DNA of 59,826 bases from an archaeon (GTDB lineage: Archaea; EX4484-52; WAPT01), in the NCBI GenBank assembly GCA_029258795.1, contig JAPDKB010000016.1, forward strand, positions 1 through 59,826. Reading direction: 5' to 3'. Below, piece by piece: positions 49,590 through 59,722 of the stretch. The notes under the pieces were generated by a model. It saw nothing but the letters and a program-made list of their open reading frames with translations. It was not told the DNA's origin and made no database searches. The position numbers and the translations under genes are program-made. The first letter of the stretch is position 1, and each line of letters opens with the position of its first letter.

Positions 49590-49648
49590 CCATCATCACC
49601 GTTTTTAATCTTGTCTTAAAATATCGATAGAAAGTAATTTATAAGTTT

Positions 49649-50779
49649 CTAATAGGGATCCCAGTCCCTCACCTCATCGTAAGACGGGTAAGAGCCGTAC
49701 GGATACTGCTGAAACAGCTTGCCCCATTCCGTTTTCAGGAATTCCTTTATCCTTCTCTTGCCGATAATCGGATACCATATCCTGTCATGGTAAACCTCAG
49801 AAGCCATTATGAAGAGCTTGAAGATGGGTGAGTGAAACAGCAGGTTGTGCAACCATTTTATTCTGTAAGTTCCCTTCCTCAACCTCTGATCCCATGCTAT
49901 AACCGGGCTTTTCTTAACTTCAAAGCCAAAGTTGAGCTTGAGCACATCCCTCTTATCCATTCCCACTATATCTATCTGCTCCACATCCGCATTGCCCAAT
50001 CCAAGCTCGTGAGCCATCTTGATGTAGGGTATCTTGAAAGGGTCAAATCCTATTATATGTGCAGCAAGCGCATCTATTGCAACCTGATCCTCGCTGGCAA
50101 GGACGAGATTGCCGTAGTACGGCTCCATTGTTCTCGGACCAGCCCCATTTCCACACACGCAGCCGTCCATCACCGCAAAGACGGATTTGTGGATTTCCTT
50201 CTGTATGATGAGAAGATCAACGAGCACCTCATGAATTTTGAGATGCGCATGATGCCTGTACTTCGGGATGAGCCCGCCGAAAGCGTTCTTCATGGCTCCA
50301 GTGGTTATGGTATGGCCGTGGGTTTTCATGGTTGGCAGATGTACCATATTGGTGTTCATGAACATCTTTGGCACAAGTATCCTATCGCCAAAAATCTCAT
50401 GCATCGCCAGCAGCTCATGCTTTGGCTTGTAGGGAACCCATTCGACATTGGTTAAGGGCACGTATTCCACGCTGTGCTTCTCAAGAACCGGCAACCACTT
50501 GTTGAGATACGCTCCCTTCCAGGGGTGAGTAACCACGGTTTGATTTTCCACAGCCACCACATCTTTGTATCCCTTCTTCCTCATGAAGCCGAGCACGGCA
50601 TCCAGCTGCCATGGTGGAGTGGAGCACGCGGGAAAGAACAGACTCCAAGAAAGGTTTATTTTGATGACGCATCTATGCCTTTTATCAACCACCTTCTCAA
50701 ATGAGGCAAGCTCCATGCATTTTGCATAGCTTTCCACAACTTCTTCCGGGCTTGTTTTCACAACCGCTACCAAGCTCAT
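49649..50779 (-). CDS. DUF362-domain protein
   Basis: IKINLSW...PACST, LPTMKTHGHT..TGAMKNAFG, G.GP, DQVAIDA. Confidence 0.85.
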   Translation of the reverse strand: MSLVAVVKTSPEEVVESYAKCMELASFEKVVDKRHRCVIKINLSWSLFFPACSTPPWQLDAVLGFMRKKGYKDVVAVENQTVVTHPWKGAYLNKWLPVLEKHSVEYVPLTNVEWVPYKPKHELLAMHEIFGDRILVPKMFMNTNMVHLPTMKTHGHTITTGAMKNAFGGLIPKYRHHAHLKIHEVLVDLLIIQKEIHKSVFAVMDGCVCGNGAGPRTMEPYYGNLVLASEDQVAIDALAAHIIGFDPFKIPYIKMAHELGLGNADVEQIDIVGMDKRDVLKLNFGFEVKKSPVIAWDQRLRKGTYRIKWLHNLLFHSPIFKLFIMASEVYHDRIWYPIIGKRRIKEFLKTEWGKLFQQYPYGSYPSYDEVRDWDPY

Positions 50780-51693
50780 GCTTCTCTCCTCCCGTAAGTG
50801 TAAAGTGCAATCACCCCTATCATCACTCCCAGCCAGAGTGTCACAGCCCTTGTAACCAGAGTTATCGCTGACGCCTCAAGTTGAGGTATGCCAAATCTTG
50901 TAAGGAGGTACATCATAGAGAGTTCTGTAGCCCCTATACCTGCAGGAAGCATGGTGATCACACCAGCAAGCGTGCTGACGCTGAACACAAATATTGCATG
51001 AAACACTGAAATGTTTAACCCAAAGGCACCTACTGTTATATATAAAGCCAAACACTCCATCATCCAGGACAGTATGCTAAGGATCGTCATTTCAATGGTT
51101 AAGCGAGTGCATAGTACTTCCTTCATAACCTTATCAAACTTCCTGCTTATCCCAAACCTCCTTACCAAAAAATTTGTAAAGCTCTTGGAGCGCATAAAAA
51201 CAATTCCCATAACCACAAGAGATAGGAGAATTATCAAAGAAATAACCATGCTCTTCAAGTTCATTTCAAAACTTCCACGCAGAAAAAAGTACACTGATCC
51301 CAAAGCTGCAAGAGAGATCATGGCAAGCAGATCCGTCGTTCTTTCTGCCACAACAACAATAGCCCCTCTGCTGAACTCTACTCCTTGAGCTTTTTTGAGG
51401 AGGTATGCCTTCACAAGCTCTCCAGCCTTGCCGGGCGTTATCGTCATGCTCATCCCGCCGAGAAATATGAGCAGGCTGGACTTCATGCTGATGTTTATTC
51501 CTGCTTTTTTGCAGTACACCTCCCACTTCACGAATCTCAAAAAATAGTTGGTTAGCGTAAAAATCAGTGCAATTGCTACAAACTGAATTTTCATCCTTGC
51601 AAACGCTTCAACCAGCTTTTCCGCGTTGGAATACAGAGCAATGAGAAGGTAGAAGAGCGCTGCTCCAACGACCACAGCTATACCTTTTTTCAT
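50776..51693 (-). CDS. Lysylphosphatidylglycerol-synthase TM / flippase-like membrane protein
   Basis: RFVKW, TPGKAGELVK, ERTTD, LPAGIGATE; start ATG 51693; ATGA overlap with DUF362 gene. Confidence 0.85.
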   Translation of the reverse strand: MKKGIAVVVGAALFYLLIALYSNAEKLVEAFARMKIQFVAIALIFTLTNYFLRFVKWEVYCKKAGINISMKSSLLIFLGGMSMTITPGKAGELVKAYLLKKAQGVEFSRGAIVVVAERTTDLLAMISLAALGSVYFFLRGSFEMNLKSMVISLIILLSLVVMGIVFMRSKSFTNFLVRRFGISRKFDKVMKEVLCTRLTIEMTILSILSWMMECLALYITVGAFGLNISVFHAIFVFSVSTLAGVITMLPAGIGATELSMMYLLTRFGIPQLEASAITLVTRAVTLWLGVMIGVIALYTYGRREA

Positions 51694-51901
51694 CAAAGCT
51701 ATGCTGCTTCGCAAACTTTAAATAGGTGTTACTCTTAATTTTATGGCATCATGCGTGTCAGCTTTCTTAATAGAAACAGGAAGGACCGAGCTGAGAAAGA
51801 GCTCGAAAGGCTACTTCTAAGGCTAGTAGTACTTCTGCAGTAAATTACTCTCACAGGTTTTTCCTCCGTCCTTTCCTGCATTTTCCGTTTGTTTTTCTTC
51901 C

Positions 51902-52282
51902 ATGTTCAAAAAAATTACGGGGGTGGTGTGTGTGCGTTGCGCGTGGGAATCCGGGGAGAAGACAGGGAAAATAGACATAAATGAAATTTACAAAGAGATG
52001 GCAAAACTCAACAAGTATGAGAGTGAGGAAGATATGAGAAGAAGGTTTCCCGAAGATCATGTGCGGGAGATAGTGGGATTTTTCAGCAACCCCAATAAAA
52101 GCGTGAGAGAGCTGGCAGAAATCGCCTATAAAATTTACGATGAAGCAGACAGAATAGCGGCAAGCTACGGATATGATGAGAGGCCTATAGAAAGGATAGC
52201 AACCAACGGAAACAAGATGATAGTTTACGTTGCCGGAGGCAGACCTCTCGTTTACTGGAGAAAAAACGGCAGCATAATTTAA
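51902..52282 (+). CDS. Hypothetical protein
   Basis: 126-aa ORF, charged helical composition; start uncertain. Confidence 0.55.
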   Translation: MFKKITGVVCVRCAWESGEKTGKIDINEIYKEMAKLNKYESEEDMRRRFPEDHVREIVGFFSNPNKSVRELAEIAYKIYDEADRIAASYGYDERPIERIATNGNKMIVYVAGGRPLVYWRKNGSII

Positions 52283-52343
52283 ATTAATTCATCGAGAGGT
52301 AATTGTTGTCAGCGGGACATCATTAATTATGAAAGGGTGAAGC

Positions 52344-55190
52344 ATGATGAACTTCAGAGAGATTGAAAAAAAATGGCAGGAAGTATGGGAAAGGGAAAAG
52401 GTGTTTGAAGCGAATGTGGATGAGAGCAGGCCAAAGTTCTTCATAACCTTTCCATACCCTTATGTTAACGGCGCACCCCACATAGGGCACGGCTACTCTT
52501 TCCTCAGAACTGACGCGTATGCCAGATTCAAGAGAATGCAGGGCTACAACGTTCTCTTTCCTCAGGGTTTTCATGCTACTGGAGAGCCAATAGTGGGTGT
52601 GTGGGAGCGCTTGAGAAAGGGTGATAAAAAACAGGTGGAAATTCTGAAGAAAAGCGGGGCAAGCGATGAGGATATAGAGAGGTTCAAAGAAAAGCCCGAG
52701 AACATAGTTCTTTTCTGGATGAAAAGATGGATTGAAGACCTAAAAATGGTGGGTGCTTCCATCGACTGGAGGAGAAAGTTTGTAACAACAACAATAACTC
52801 CTGCTTACTCCCGCTTCATAGAGTGGCAGTACAACACATTAAAAAAGAGGGGATACATAAAGAAGGGCACGCATCCCGTCATCTGGTGTCCGCACTGCCA
52901 GAGTCCAACAGGAGACCACGACAGGTTGGAGGGTGAAGGGGAAACTCCAGTTGAATACGTTCTGCTGAAGTTCAAAATGAAGGATGAAAATGCTTATCTT
53001 GTAGCTGCAACTTTAAGGCCGGAGACGATTTTTGGTGTGACCAACATGTGGATCAACCCCGCTGGAACGTATGTTAAAGCGAGGGTGAATAATGAGTTGT
53101 GGATTGTGAGTAAGGATGCTGTGGAAAAGCTCAAGGATCAGCTTAAGGATGTGGAGGTTGTTGAGGAGTTCAAAGGAAGTGAAATTCTTGGCAAGAGGTG
53201 TATTAATCCTGTTGATGGGAGGGAAATTGCTGTGCTTCCCGCAAGCTTTGTCGATACCTCCAACGCCAGTGGAGTGGTGATGAGCGTTCCCGCTCACGCG
53301 CCGTTTGATTATGCTGCTGTGATGGACCTCCTGAAGGATGAGAGTACCCTCCAGAAATATGGTGTTAGCAAGAAAGAGCTGCAGCCCATAAGTTTGATAG
53401 AGGTTGAGGGTTTTGGGGATGTGCCAGCAAAGGAAATCGTAGAGAAGATGGGGATAGAATCGCAAGCTGAAAGAGAGAAGCTGGAGGAGGCAACCAGAAA
53501 AATCTACAAGAAAGAGTTCCACCTCGGAAAGCTCAAGGACATCTGCAAGCAGTTTGCCGGGATGAAGGTTTCCGAGGTGAAGGAGAAGATAATTGAGTGG
53601 CTGAAGGGGGAGGGCATAGCAGACAGCATGTGGGAATGCTCCGGCCTAGTTGTTTGTAGGTGTGGCACGAGATGTCACGTCAAAATTTTGAAGGATCAGT
53701 GGTTCCTCGCCTATTCCGATGAAGAATGGAAGAAGAGAGCCCTTCAGCACATTCAAAAAATGAAGTTCTACCCTGAAGAGGTAAGGCAGCAGTTCATAAA
53801 CACGGTGGAATGGCTTAAGGACAAGGCATGCGCAAGAAAAACCGGACTCGGCACACCTCTGCCCTGGGACAAGGAATGGATTGTGGAAACGCTCTCCGAC
53901 TCCACAATCTACATGGCTTATTACACCATAGCGAGGGTTATAAACGAGAAGGGTGTGGATGCTTCAAAGCTGACGGATGAGGTTTTCGATTACATTTTCC
54001 TTGGAAAGGGGGAGCTTGATGAGGTTGCAAGAAAGAGCGGGCTTGATAAAGAGCTGATAGAAGAGATGAAAAGAGAGTTTGAATACTTCTACCCCGTTGA
54101 CCTGAGAAACAGCGGAAAGGACCTGGTGCAGAACCACCTGACCTTCTTCATCATGCACCACGTTGCGATATGGGAGGACATGCCCGAAAAATGGCCTGTA
54201 GCCATTGGAGTTAACGGCAGGGTGATGGTGGAAGGAGAAAAGATGAGCAAAAGCAAGGGTAACATAATCCCGTTGAGAGAGCTTGTGGAGAATTATGGTG
54301 CTGATCTCATAAGGCTCAACCTCGTGTGTTCAGCTGAAGGGATGGAGGAAGCGGATTGGAGGGAGGAGAATATAAAGGGCTACTCCGCTAGGCTCAACTA
54401 TCTGGATGAGGTTGTAGGGCAGCTTGAAAAGATGAAGGGCAAACAAAAAGGAAATGCTGAGCGCTACCTGATGAGCAAGCTACAGAAGATCATAAAGGAA
54501 AGCACGGAAGCGTGTGAGGAAATGAAGTTCAGGACAGCAATAAACCATGCCCTTTTTTACGCGACAAACCACCTCAAATGGTATTTCAGGCGTGTGGGTG
54601 GCGTTGAAAACGCAAATTCAGATGTAATACGGGCTTTCCTGGAAGGAATTATAAAGCTCATTGCTCCTGTAGCTCCGCATTTTGCTGAAGAGATGTGGCA
54701 CAGAATGGGTAATGAGAGCTTGATAGTGGTGGAGGGCTGGCCTAATTGGGATGAGAGCTTGATTGACGAGAAAGCGGAAGCCGGAGAGAGCATGCTGATG
54801 AACCTTGAGGAGGACATAAGGAACATAATGAATCTTGTGGGGAAGAAGCCAGAACTCGTTAAGATTTACGTTGCATCGGAATGGAAGAGAAGGGTGCACG
54901 ATCTCGTGCTGAAGGAAAAGGAGAAAGCGATGAAATTGATAGGAAGTGACTCTTACTTCCATGAAGTCAGGAAAGACGCCATAACTCTGGTGAAGACCCT
55001 CATCAGAAAATATTATGAACTTGAAAAGACAGTATTAAATCAGGATGAAGAACTCGAGCTGCTGAAGGAAGCCACACCGTTCCTGGAGAAAGAGCTTGGA
55101 TGCAGGATTGAAGTGACGCGCGAGGAAAACAGTAGCTCTGAGAAAGCAAAGAAATCTCTGCCTTTAAAGCCGGGTGTGGAGGTGTTGTGA
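52344..55190 (+). CDS. leuS: Leucine--tRNA ligase (archaeal type)
   Basis: FPYPYVNGAPHIGH, DHDRLEGE, TLRPET, SVPAHAPFD, LSDSTIYMAYYT, KMSKSKGN. Confidence 0.97.
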   Translation: MMNFREIEKKWQEVWEREKVFEANVDESRPKFFITFPYPYVNGAPHIGHGYSFLRTDAYARFKRMQGYNVLFPQGFHATGEPIVGVWERLRKGDKKQVEILKKSGASDEDIERFKEKPENIVLFWMKRWIEDLKMVGASIDWRRKFVTTTITPAYSRFIEWQYNTLKKRGYIKKGTHPVIWCPHCQSPTGDHDRLEGEGETPVEYVLLKFKMKDENAYLVAATLRPETIFGVTNMWINPAGTYVKARVNNELWIVSKDAVEKLKDQLKDVEVVEEFKGSEILGKRCINPVDGREIAVLPASFVDTSNASGVVMSVPAHAPFDYAAVMDLLKDESTLQKYGVSKKELQPISLIEVEGFGDVPAKEIVEKMGIESQAEREKLEEATRKIYKKEFHLGKLKDICKQFAGMKVSEVKEKIIEWLKGEGIADSMWECSGLVVCRCGTRCHVKILKDQWFLAYSDEEWKKRALQHIQKMKFYPEEVRQQFINTVEWLKDKACARKTGLGTPLPWDKEWIVETLSDSTIYMAYYTIARVINEKGVDASKLTDEVFDYIFLGKGELDEVARKSGLDKELIEEMKREFEYFYPVDLRNSGKDLVQNHLTFFIMHHVAIWEDMPEKWPVAIGVNGRVMVEGEKMSKSKGNIIPLRELVENYGADLIRLNLVCSAEGMEEADWREENIKGYSARLNYLDEVVGQLEKMKGKQKGNAERYLMSKLQKIIKESTEACEEMKFRTAINHALFYATNHLKWYFRRVGGVENANSDVIRAFLEGIIKLIAPVAPHFAEEMWHRMGNESLIVVEGWPNWDESLIDEKAEAGESMLMNLEEDIRNIMNLVGKKPELVKIYVASEWKRRVHDLVLKEKEKAMKLIGSDSYFHEVRKDAITLVKTLIRKYYELEKTVLNQDEELELLKEATPFLEKELGCRIEVTREENSSSEKAKKSLPLKPGVEVL

Positions 55191-56020
55191 TGGTGAAGAT
55201 TGAAATGCCAGAACATCTTGAATTTGTGGAGATAGATAAGGATGATCCTTCCCGCATAGTTGTGGAAGGAAACGAGGTTGTTGGGGATGTGAGGTTGTTT
55301 AAGGAGATGGCGATGCTTTACTATGATAACATGGGCTCTTGGGTTGATGCCATGGACTTCAACACACCTCTCTACTACATGTTCAGAAACGTTTGCAGAA
55401 ATGATGACTGTGCCGCGATATCGCAAAGCAAGCTTAGATACGACATAACCATAATGCTTCCGATGAAACTCGGAAATGAATATAATAAGACGGCCGGTCA
55501 CTACCACCCTCTCGTGCCCGGAGCCAGAATAAGCTATCCTGAACTCTATGAAGTTCTGCATGGTACGGGGTATTTCATCATTCAAAGGGTGACGAACAAG
55601 GTTAAAGTGGAAGACGCCATGATAATCAAAATAGAAAAGGGTGATAAGGTCATAATCCCTCCGGATTACGGTCATGTGATGGTGAACAGCGGGAGGGACT
55701 TGCTCATTACAGCGAATTGGGTCTCCTCAGCCTTCTCAAGCATTTACGAGCCATATAGAGAGATGAAGGGTGCATGCTATTACATCCTTGAAGAGTATCT
55801 CCAGCCAAGAATAATAAAGAATGAGGCATACGATGATGTACCTGATCCAAAGATTGTAAGGAGTAGAGCTCACAAGTTCCTGGGTTTGAGCAAAGAAGAA
55901 TCCATGTACAAGTTTGCGAAAGAGCTGGAGAAACTGCAGTTCTTGAACACTCCCCAAAACTTCCCAGCTCACTTCAACACATCAGTAATTTTTGAGGTCC
56001 TCGACAACGCTTCCGGCTGA
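55187..56020 (+). CDS. Cupin-type glucose-6-phosphate isomerase family protein
   Basis: LRYDITI, EYNKTAGHYH, YPELYEVLHG, IPPDYGH, KGACYY. Confidence 0.85.
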   Translation: MMVKIEMPEHLEFVEIDKDDPSRIVVEGNEVVGDVRLFKEMAMLYYDNMGSWVDAMDFNTPLYYMFRNVCRNDDCAAISQSKLRYDITIMLPMKLGNEYNKTAGHYHPLVPGARISYPELYEVLHGTGYFIIQRVTNKVKVEDAMIIKIEKGDKVIIPPDYGHVMVNSGRDLLITANWVSSAFSSIYEPYREMKGACYYILEEYLQPRIIKNEAYDDVPDPKIVRSRAHKFLGLSKEESMYKFAKELEKLQFLNTPQNFPAHFNTSVIFEVLDNASG

Positions 56021-56227
56021 AAACATCGCAAGCTTCATTTCCATCTTTCTAATTTTCCTTTCCAGTCTTTCCATCCTCTCTGCAAGCTCAAGTATTGCAA
56101 CCCAGAGCTGAGCTATTGCCGGCTCTTCAGATTTCTCGTAAGCTTCCTCATGCTTAGCTATGCTCGCCAGCAAGTTTAACAGCACTCTCTGCTTGCTCTC
56201 CCCAAGCTCACCTACCCACTCGGACAT
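55982..56227 (-). CDS. Small coiled-coil hypothetical protein
   Basis: AY..S..PAIAQLWVAILEL followed by heptad coiled coil. Confidence 0.6.
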   Translation of the reverse strand: MSEWVGELGESKQRVLLNLLASIAKHEEAYEKSEEPAIAQLWVAILELAERMERLERKIRKMEMKLAMFSAGSVVEDLKNY

Positions 56228-56290
56228 GGTTATTTAAATTTTGCGCCATCTTTTAAATATTCACTCTCGTGTTGTGAAAGGAATTTTGGT

Positions 56291-57010
56291 GTGATGCTCA
56301 TGAAAGAGGGAGAGTTTGTGGAGATAGAATATACTGGAAGAATTAAGGAAAGCGGGGAGGTTTTTGATACCACAAGTGAGGAGATTGCAAAGCAGGCAGG
56401 CATATACTCAAGGCACATGATGTACGGCCCAATAGTGGTGGTTGTTGGAGCGGGCCATGTCATAGATGGGCTTGATGAAGCGCTGAAGGAGATGAAGGAA
56501 GGTGAGGAAAAGACCATAACACTACCTCCTGAAAAAGCGTTTGGAAAGAGGGAGCAGAAGCTTGTGAGGATATTTCCAACCAGCTATTTCAAAAAGCAGG
56601 GAATAACTCCAAGAGCTGGACAGATCATGTATTTTGGTAATGTGGAGGGCCGAATAGTGAGTGTTTCTTCTGGTAGAGTCATAGTTGATTTCAACCATCC
56701 TCTTGCTGGAAAAACCGTGGAATATGAAGTGAAAATTTTGAGAAAGGTAAAGGATGTGGAGGAACAAGTGAAGTCAATATTTAAGTATCACACCTTCATG
56801 CCGGATGAGGGTTTCAGCGTGAAGATTGATGGCAAGAAAGCAATCATATCCATCAAGATGGTTGTGGCAGACCACCTAAAGAAGAAGGTGGAAGAGGAAA
56901 TCAAGGAGTATGTTGATGGGGTGGATACTGTTGAGTTTGTGGAGGAAAAGGACGAAAAGCACTCTGAAAGCGAAAAACCGAAAGAAGAAAAAGCAAGTCC
57001 TAAAGCTTAA
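56291..57010 (+). CDS. FKBP-type peptidyl-prolyl isomerase (long archaeal SlyD-like type)
   Basis: EYTGR...FDTT, GLDEAL, PPEKAFG, VDFNHPLAGK. Confidence 0.95.
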   Translation: MMLMKEGEFVEIEYTGRIKESGEVFDTTSEEIAKQAGIYSRHMMYGPIVVVVGAGHVIDGLDEALKEMKEGEEKTITLPPEKAFGKREQKLVRIFPTSYFKKQGITPRAGQIMYFGNVEGRIVSVSSGRVIVDFNHPLAGKTVEYEVKILRKVKDVEEQVKSIFKYHTFMPDEGFSVKIDGKKAIISIKMVVADHLKKKVEEEIKEYVDGVDTVEFVEEKDEKHSESEKPKEEKASPKA

Positions 57011-57061
57011 AAATTTAAGGGCACTATTAAGTCATAAATTTTCACTGTGAAGTGATGTTGT

Positions 57062-58180
57062 ATGATTGAAAGAGAAGGAAGAGGGGTGGAAAACGTGGTT
57101 TCTGGAGATGCTGAAATAAAGGCTCATGCTCGTAAAAGTGAAGCAGACAAGGAGCTGGAGGAACTGTTGAAATCAAGGAAAGCTGAGATAGTTGTTGTTG
57201 GATCAGGTGGTGCGGGAAACAACACAATTTCAAGGTTAATGCAGGTTGGTGTTGAAGGAGTTAAGACCATAGCGATAAACACGGATGCTCAGGACTTGCT
57301 CTACACTGATGCTGATGTGAAGATCCTCATAGGTAAGGAGATAACGAGGGGTCTTGGTGCTGGCGCGAACCCGAAGATTGGTGAAGCAGCAGCCAAAGAA
57401 TCCAAGGAAACCATAAAAAAAGCTCTTGAAGGAGCGGACATGGTTTTCATCACGTGCGGATTGGGTGGGGGAACCGGGACTGGCTCTGCCCCGATAATAG
57501 CTGAAATAGCGAAAAAGCTTGGAGCTCTAACGGTTGCGATAGTAACGCTTCCCTTCTCAATGGAAGGAGCGCACAGAGCAGCCAATGCCAAGATGGGGCT
57601 GGAGCAGCTCGAAAGCGTGGTTGATACGCTGATAGTCATACCCAACGATAAACTGTTGGAGATTGTGCCTGATGTATCCATAAACACAGCTTTCAAAGTT
57701 GCCGATGAGATTCTGGTTAATGCAGTAAAAGGTATTGCAGAGCTCGTAACCAAGCCGGGACTCATCAATCTGGATTTCGCGGACATAAAAGCTGTCATGG
57801 ATAGTGGAGGTCTTGCCTTGATAGGTATGGGTCAGAGCGACACAGAGAATAGAGCTTATGAAGCTGTGCAGAAGGCACTGAACAATCCGCTTCTTGATGT
57901 GGACGTTGAAGGGGCAAGAGGTGCATTGATAAATGTAACGGGTGGACAAGACCTCACGCTGAAGGAAGCAAAGGAGGTTGTCAATGCCGTGACATCTCGG
58001 CTTTCTCCAGACGCCAAGGTCATCTGGGGTGCTCAGATTGATAGAAGCTTAGGCGAGTCGCTGAGAGTTATGATCATCGTTACAGGAGTGCAGAGCCCGC
58101 AGATATATGGGCCTGAGAGAACATTCAGCGATGAGAAGAAGAAGGACATAGAAAGGAAGCTTGGAATTGACTTCATCTGA
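57062..58180 (+). CDS. ftsZ: Cell division protein FtsZ
   Basis: GSGGAGNN, NTDAQDL, GLGGGTGTG, NLDFAD. Confidence 0.98.
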   Translation: MIEREGRGVENVVSGDAEIKAHARKSEADKELEELLKSRKAEIVVVGSGGAGNNTISRLMQVGVEGVKTIAINTDAQDLLYTDADVKILIGKEITRGLGAGANPKIGEAAAKESKETIKKALEGADMVFITCGLGGGTGTGSAPIIAEIAKKLGALTVAIVTLPFSMEGAHRAANAKMGLEQLESVVDTLIVIPNDKLLEIVPDVSINTAFKVADEILVNAVKGIAELVTKPGLINLDFADIKAVMDSGGLALIGMGQSDTENRAYEAVQKALNNPLLDVDVEGARGALINVTGGQDLTLKEAKEVVNAVTSRLSPDAKVIWGAQIDRSLGESLRVMIIVTGVQSPQIYGPERTFSDEKKKDIERKLGIDFI

Positions 58181-58202
58181 CCTTCTTAACATTCTTTCAT
58201 TT

Positions 58203-59633
58203 TCATCCTTTTCTTATAGAATCAGCAGCAATTATACCGGAAATCATTGCATCGGCATTACCCTTGCATATCCCATTCATATCTCCCAGAACGTACATCT
58301 CCCCTTCCAGCTTTTTTTCCGTTTCAAGTTTCATCGTAAAGGGGTCAACGTTTATTTCTGAGGGTTTCAGGACTATTAAAGGAGCGTACATTAATAGGGA
58401 TTCCTCTGAAATCCCTTCAATAACACGATTAAGCTTATTTATTCCATCGTAGAGGTTGGAAATTATCCTTCCGGGATATGCCATACTTATATCTCCAGGA
58501 ATTGCCTCTTCAAAGGAGAGTGTTGGTTTCACCAGCTTGGCTTTTTTAATTCTCTCTTCTGTGCTTCTCCTGCCCATTTCGTAGTCCCTGAGTCTCTGCA
58601 CCAGAGGTTTTTTCCCTCCCAACTTCAGTGTGAGATTGAAGATGTCTCTTCCATAAGAAGGTGCATCTTCGAAGGGCTCTGTAAATCTAACCTCCATTAC
58701 CAAACCCATAACAGTGTTGTTGCTTTTTCTTCTTTCGTCAATTATTCCGCTCACCGATTTAATGCCATTGCCATAATCCACAACTGCAACCCTTCCGTTA
58801 GGGTAATAACCGAAAGTGCGAACAATATCGTCCTTCTTGGTCCCCATTGTGAGTTTTGGCTCACCCATGTAGTTCATAGCAGGAGGAAATATGGTGGAAG
58901 GGGCTTCAAGAGCCACTCCTACTAGCAGGTTTTTCTTCCCCTCCTTCTCCCATATATAACCTCTTGCCTTGAGATCATCGTAAATCCCGTTTGCCACACC
59001 TTCCCGCCCACATGCCAGCAGCACAGCCTCTCTATATTTAATTCTATCGCCGGAGTTCAAAACAACATAATTCTTATCTGGAACAACCCTCTTCACCTCC
59101 CCATTAACCACATCAACGTTGGAGCATTCTTTGTTCAACCGCTGATAAATGTGATTTAAGAGGGCATAGGTATTGCGTACCCCTCCCAAAGACAGAATGT
59201 CAGATACCGTGACTTCAATTCCTTTCGGGTTACACTTCTTGATAAACTCCTTTATCTCTTCCATTTTTTCTGGAGGCGGGTACTCCTCATAATTCAACTC
59301 CGCATCTTCCACCCAGTTGCGTAGGAGGCCTTGTGCTCTTTCTTCTAGTGCTAAAAACTCTTCAGCCTTACCACTTTCATAAAAATAATTCTGTAATTCC
59401 CCACCCGGCCTCCTGTAGTGCGGCTTAGTTTCCAGTTCATTTTTTGAAGAAAAGATGAACTTTCCATTGTTCGGTTTTGTGCAAAGATAGCGTTCCCCAA
59501 CCCCATCAGATGAATAGTTTTTAGGGTCTATGACACACACAGAACAATCATCCTTGTTGTCTAACTCTATGGCTGCGGTTGAGCCAGAAATCCCGTTTCC
59601 AACGATCACAACATCATAAGCTGACCTTTCCAT
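58203..59633 (-). CDS. FAD-dependent dehydrogenase-like protein (COG2509-type), divergent
   Basis: YDVVIVGNGISG, LACGREG, GRRST..RI, PTL..AIPGDIS, YVLGD. Confidence 0.75.
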   Translation of the reverse strand: MERSAYDVVIVGNGISGSTAAIELDNKDDCSVCVIDPKNYSSDGVGERYLCTKPNNGKFIFSSKNELETKPHYRRPGGELQNYFYESGKAEEFLALEERAQGLLRNWVEDAELNYEEYPPPEKMEEIKEFIKKCNPKGIEVTVSDILSLGGVRNTYALLNHIYQRLNKECSNVDVVNGEVKRVVPDKNYVVLNSGDRIKYREAVLLACGREGVANGIYDDLKARGYIWEKEGKKNLLVGVALEAPSTIFPPAMNYMGEPKLTMGTKKDDIVRTFGYYPNGRVAVVDYGNGIKSVSGIIDERRKSNNTVMGLVMEVRFTEPFEDAPSYGRDIFNLTLKLGGKKPLVQRLRDYEMGRRSTEERIKKAKLVKPTLSFEEAIPGDISMAYPGRIISNLYDGINKLNRVIEGISEESLLMYAPLIVLKPSEINVDPFTMKLETEKKLEGEMYVLGDMNGICKGNADAMISGIIAADSIRKG

Positions 59634-59722
59634 GCCATTGAGTTAATATTAGCGGGAAAATTTTTAAATGAAGCTCTGGAGATGTTTTGTGTTCCCCCAA
59701 TTTTTAAATTAGCTGATGGTTT

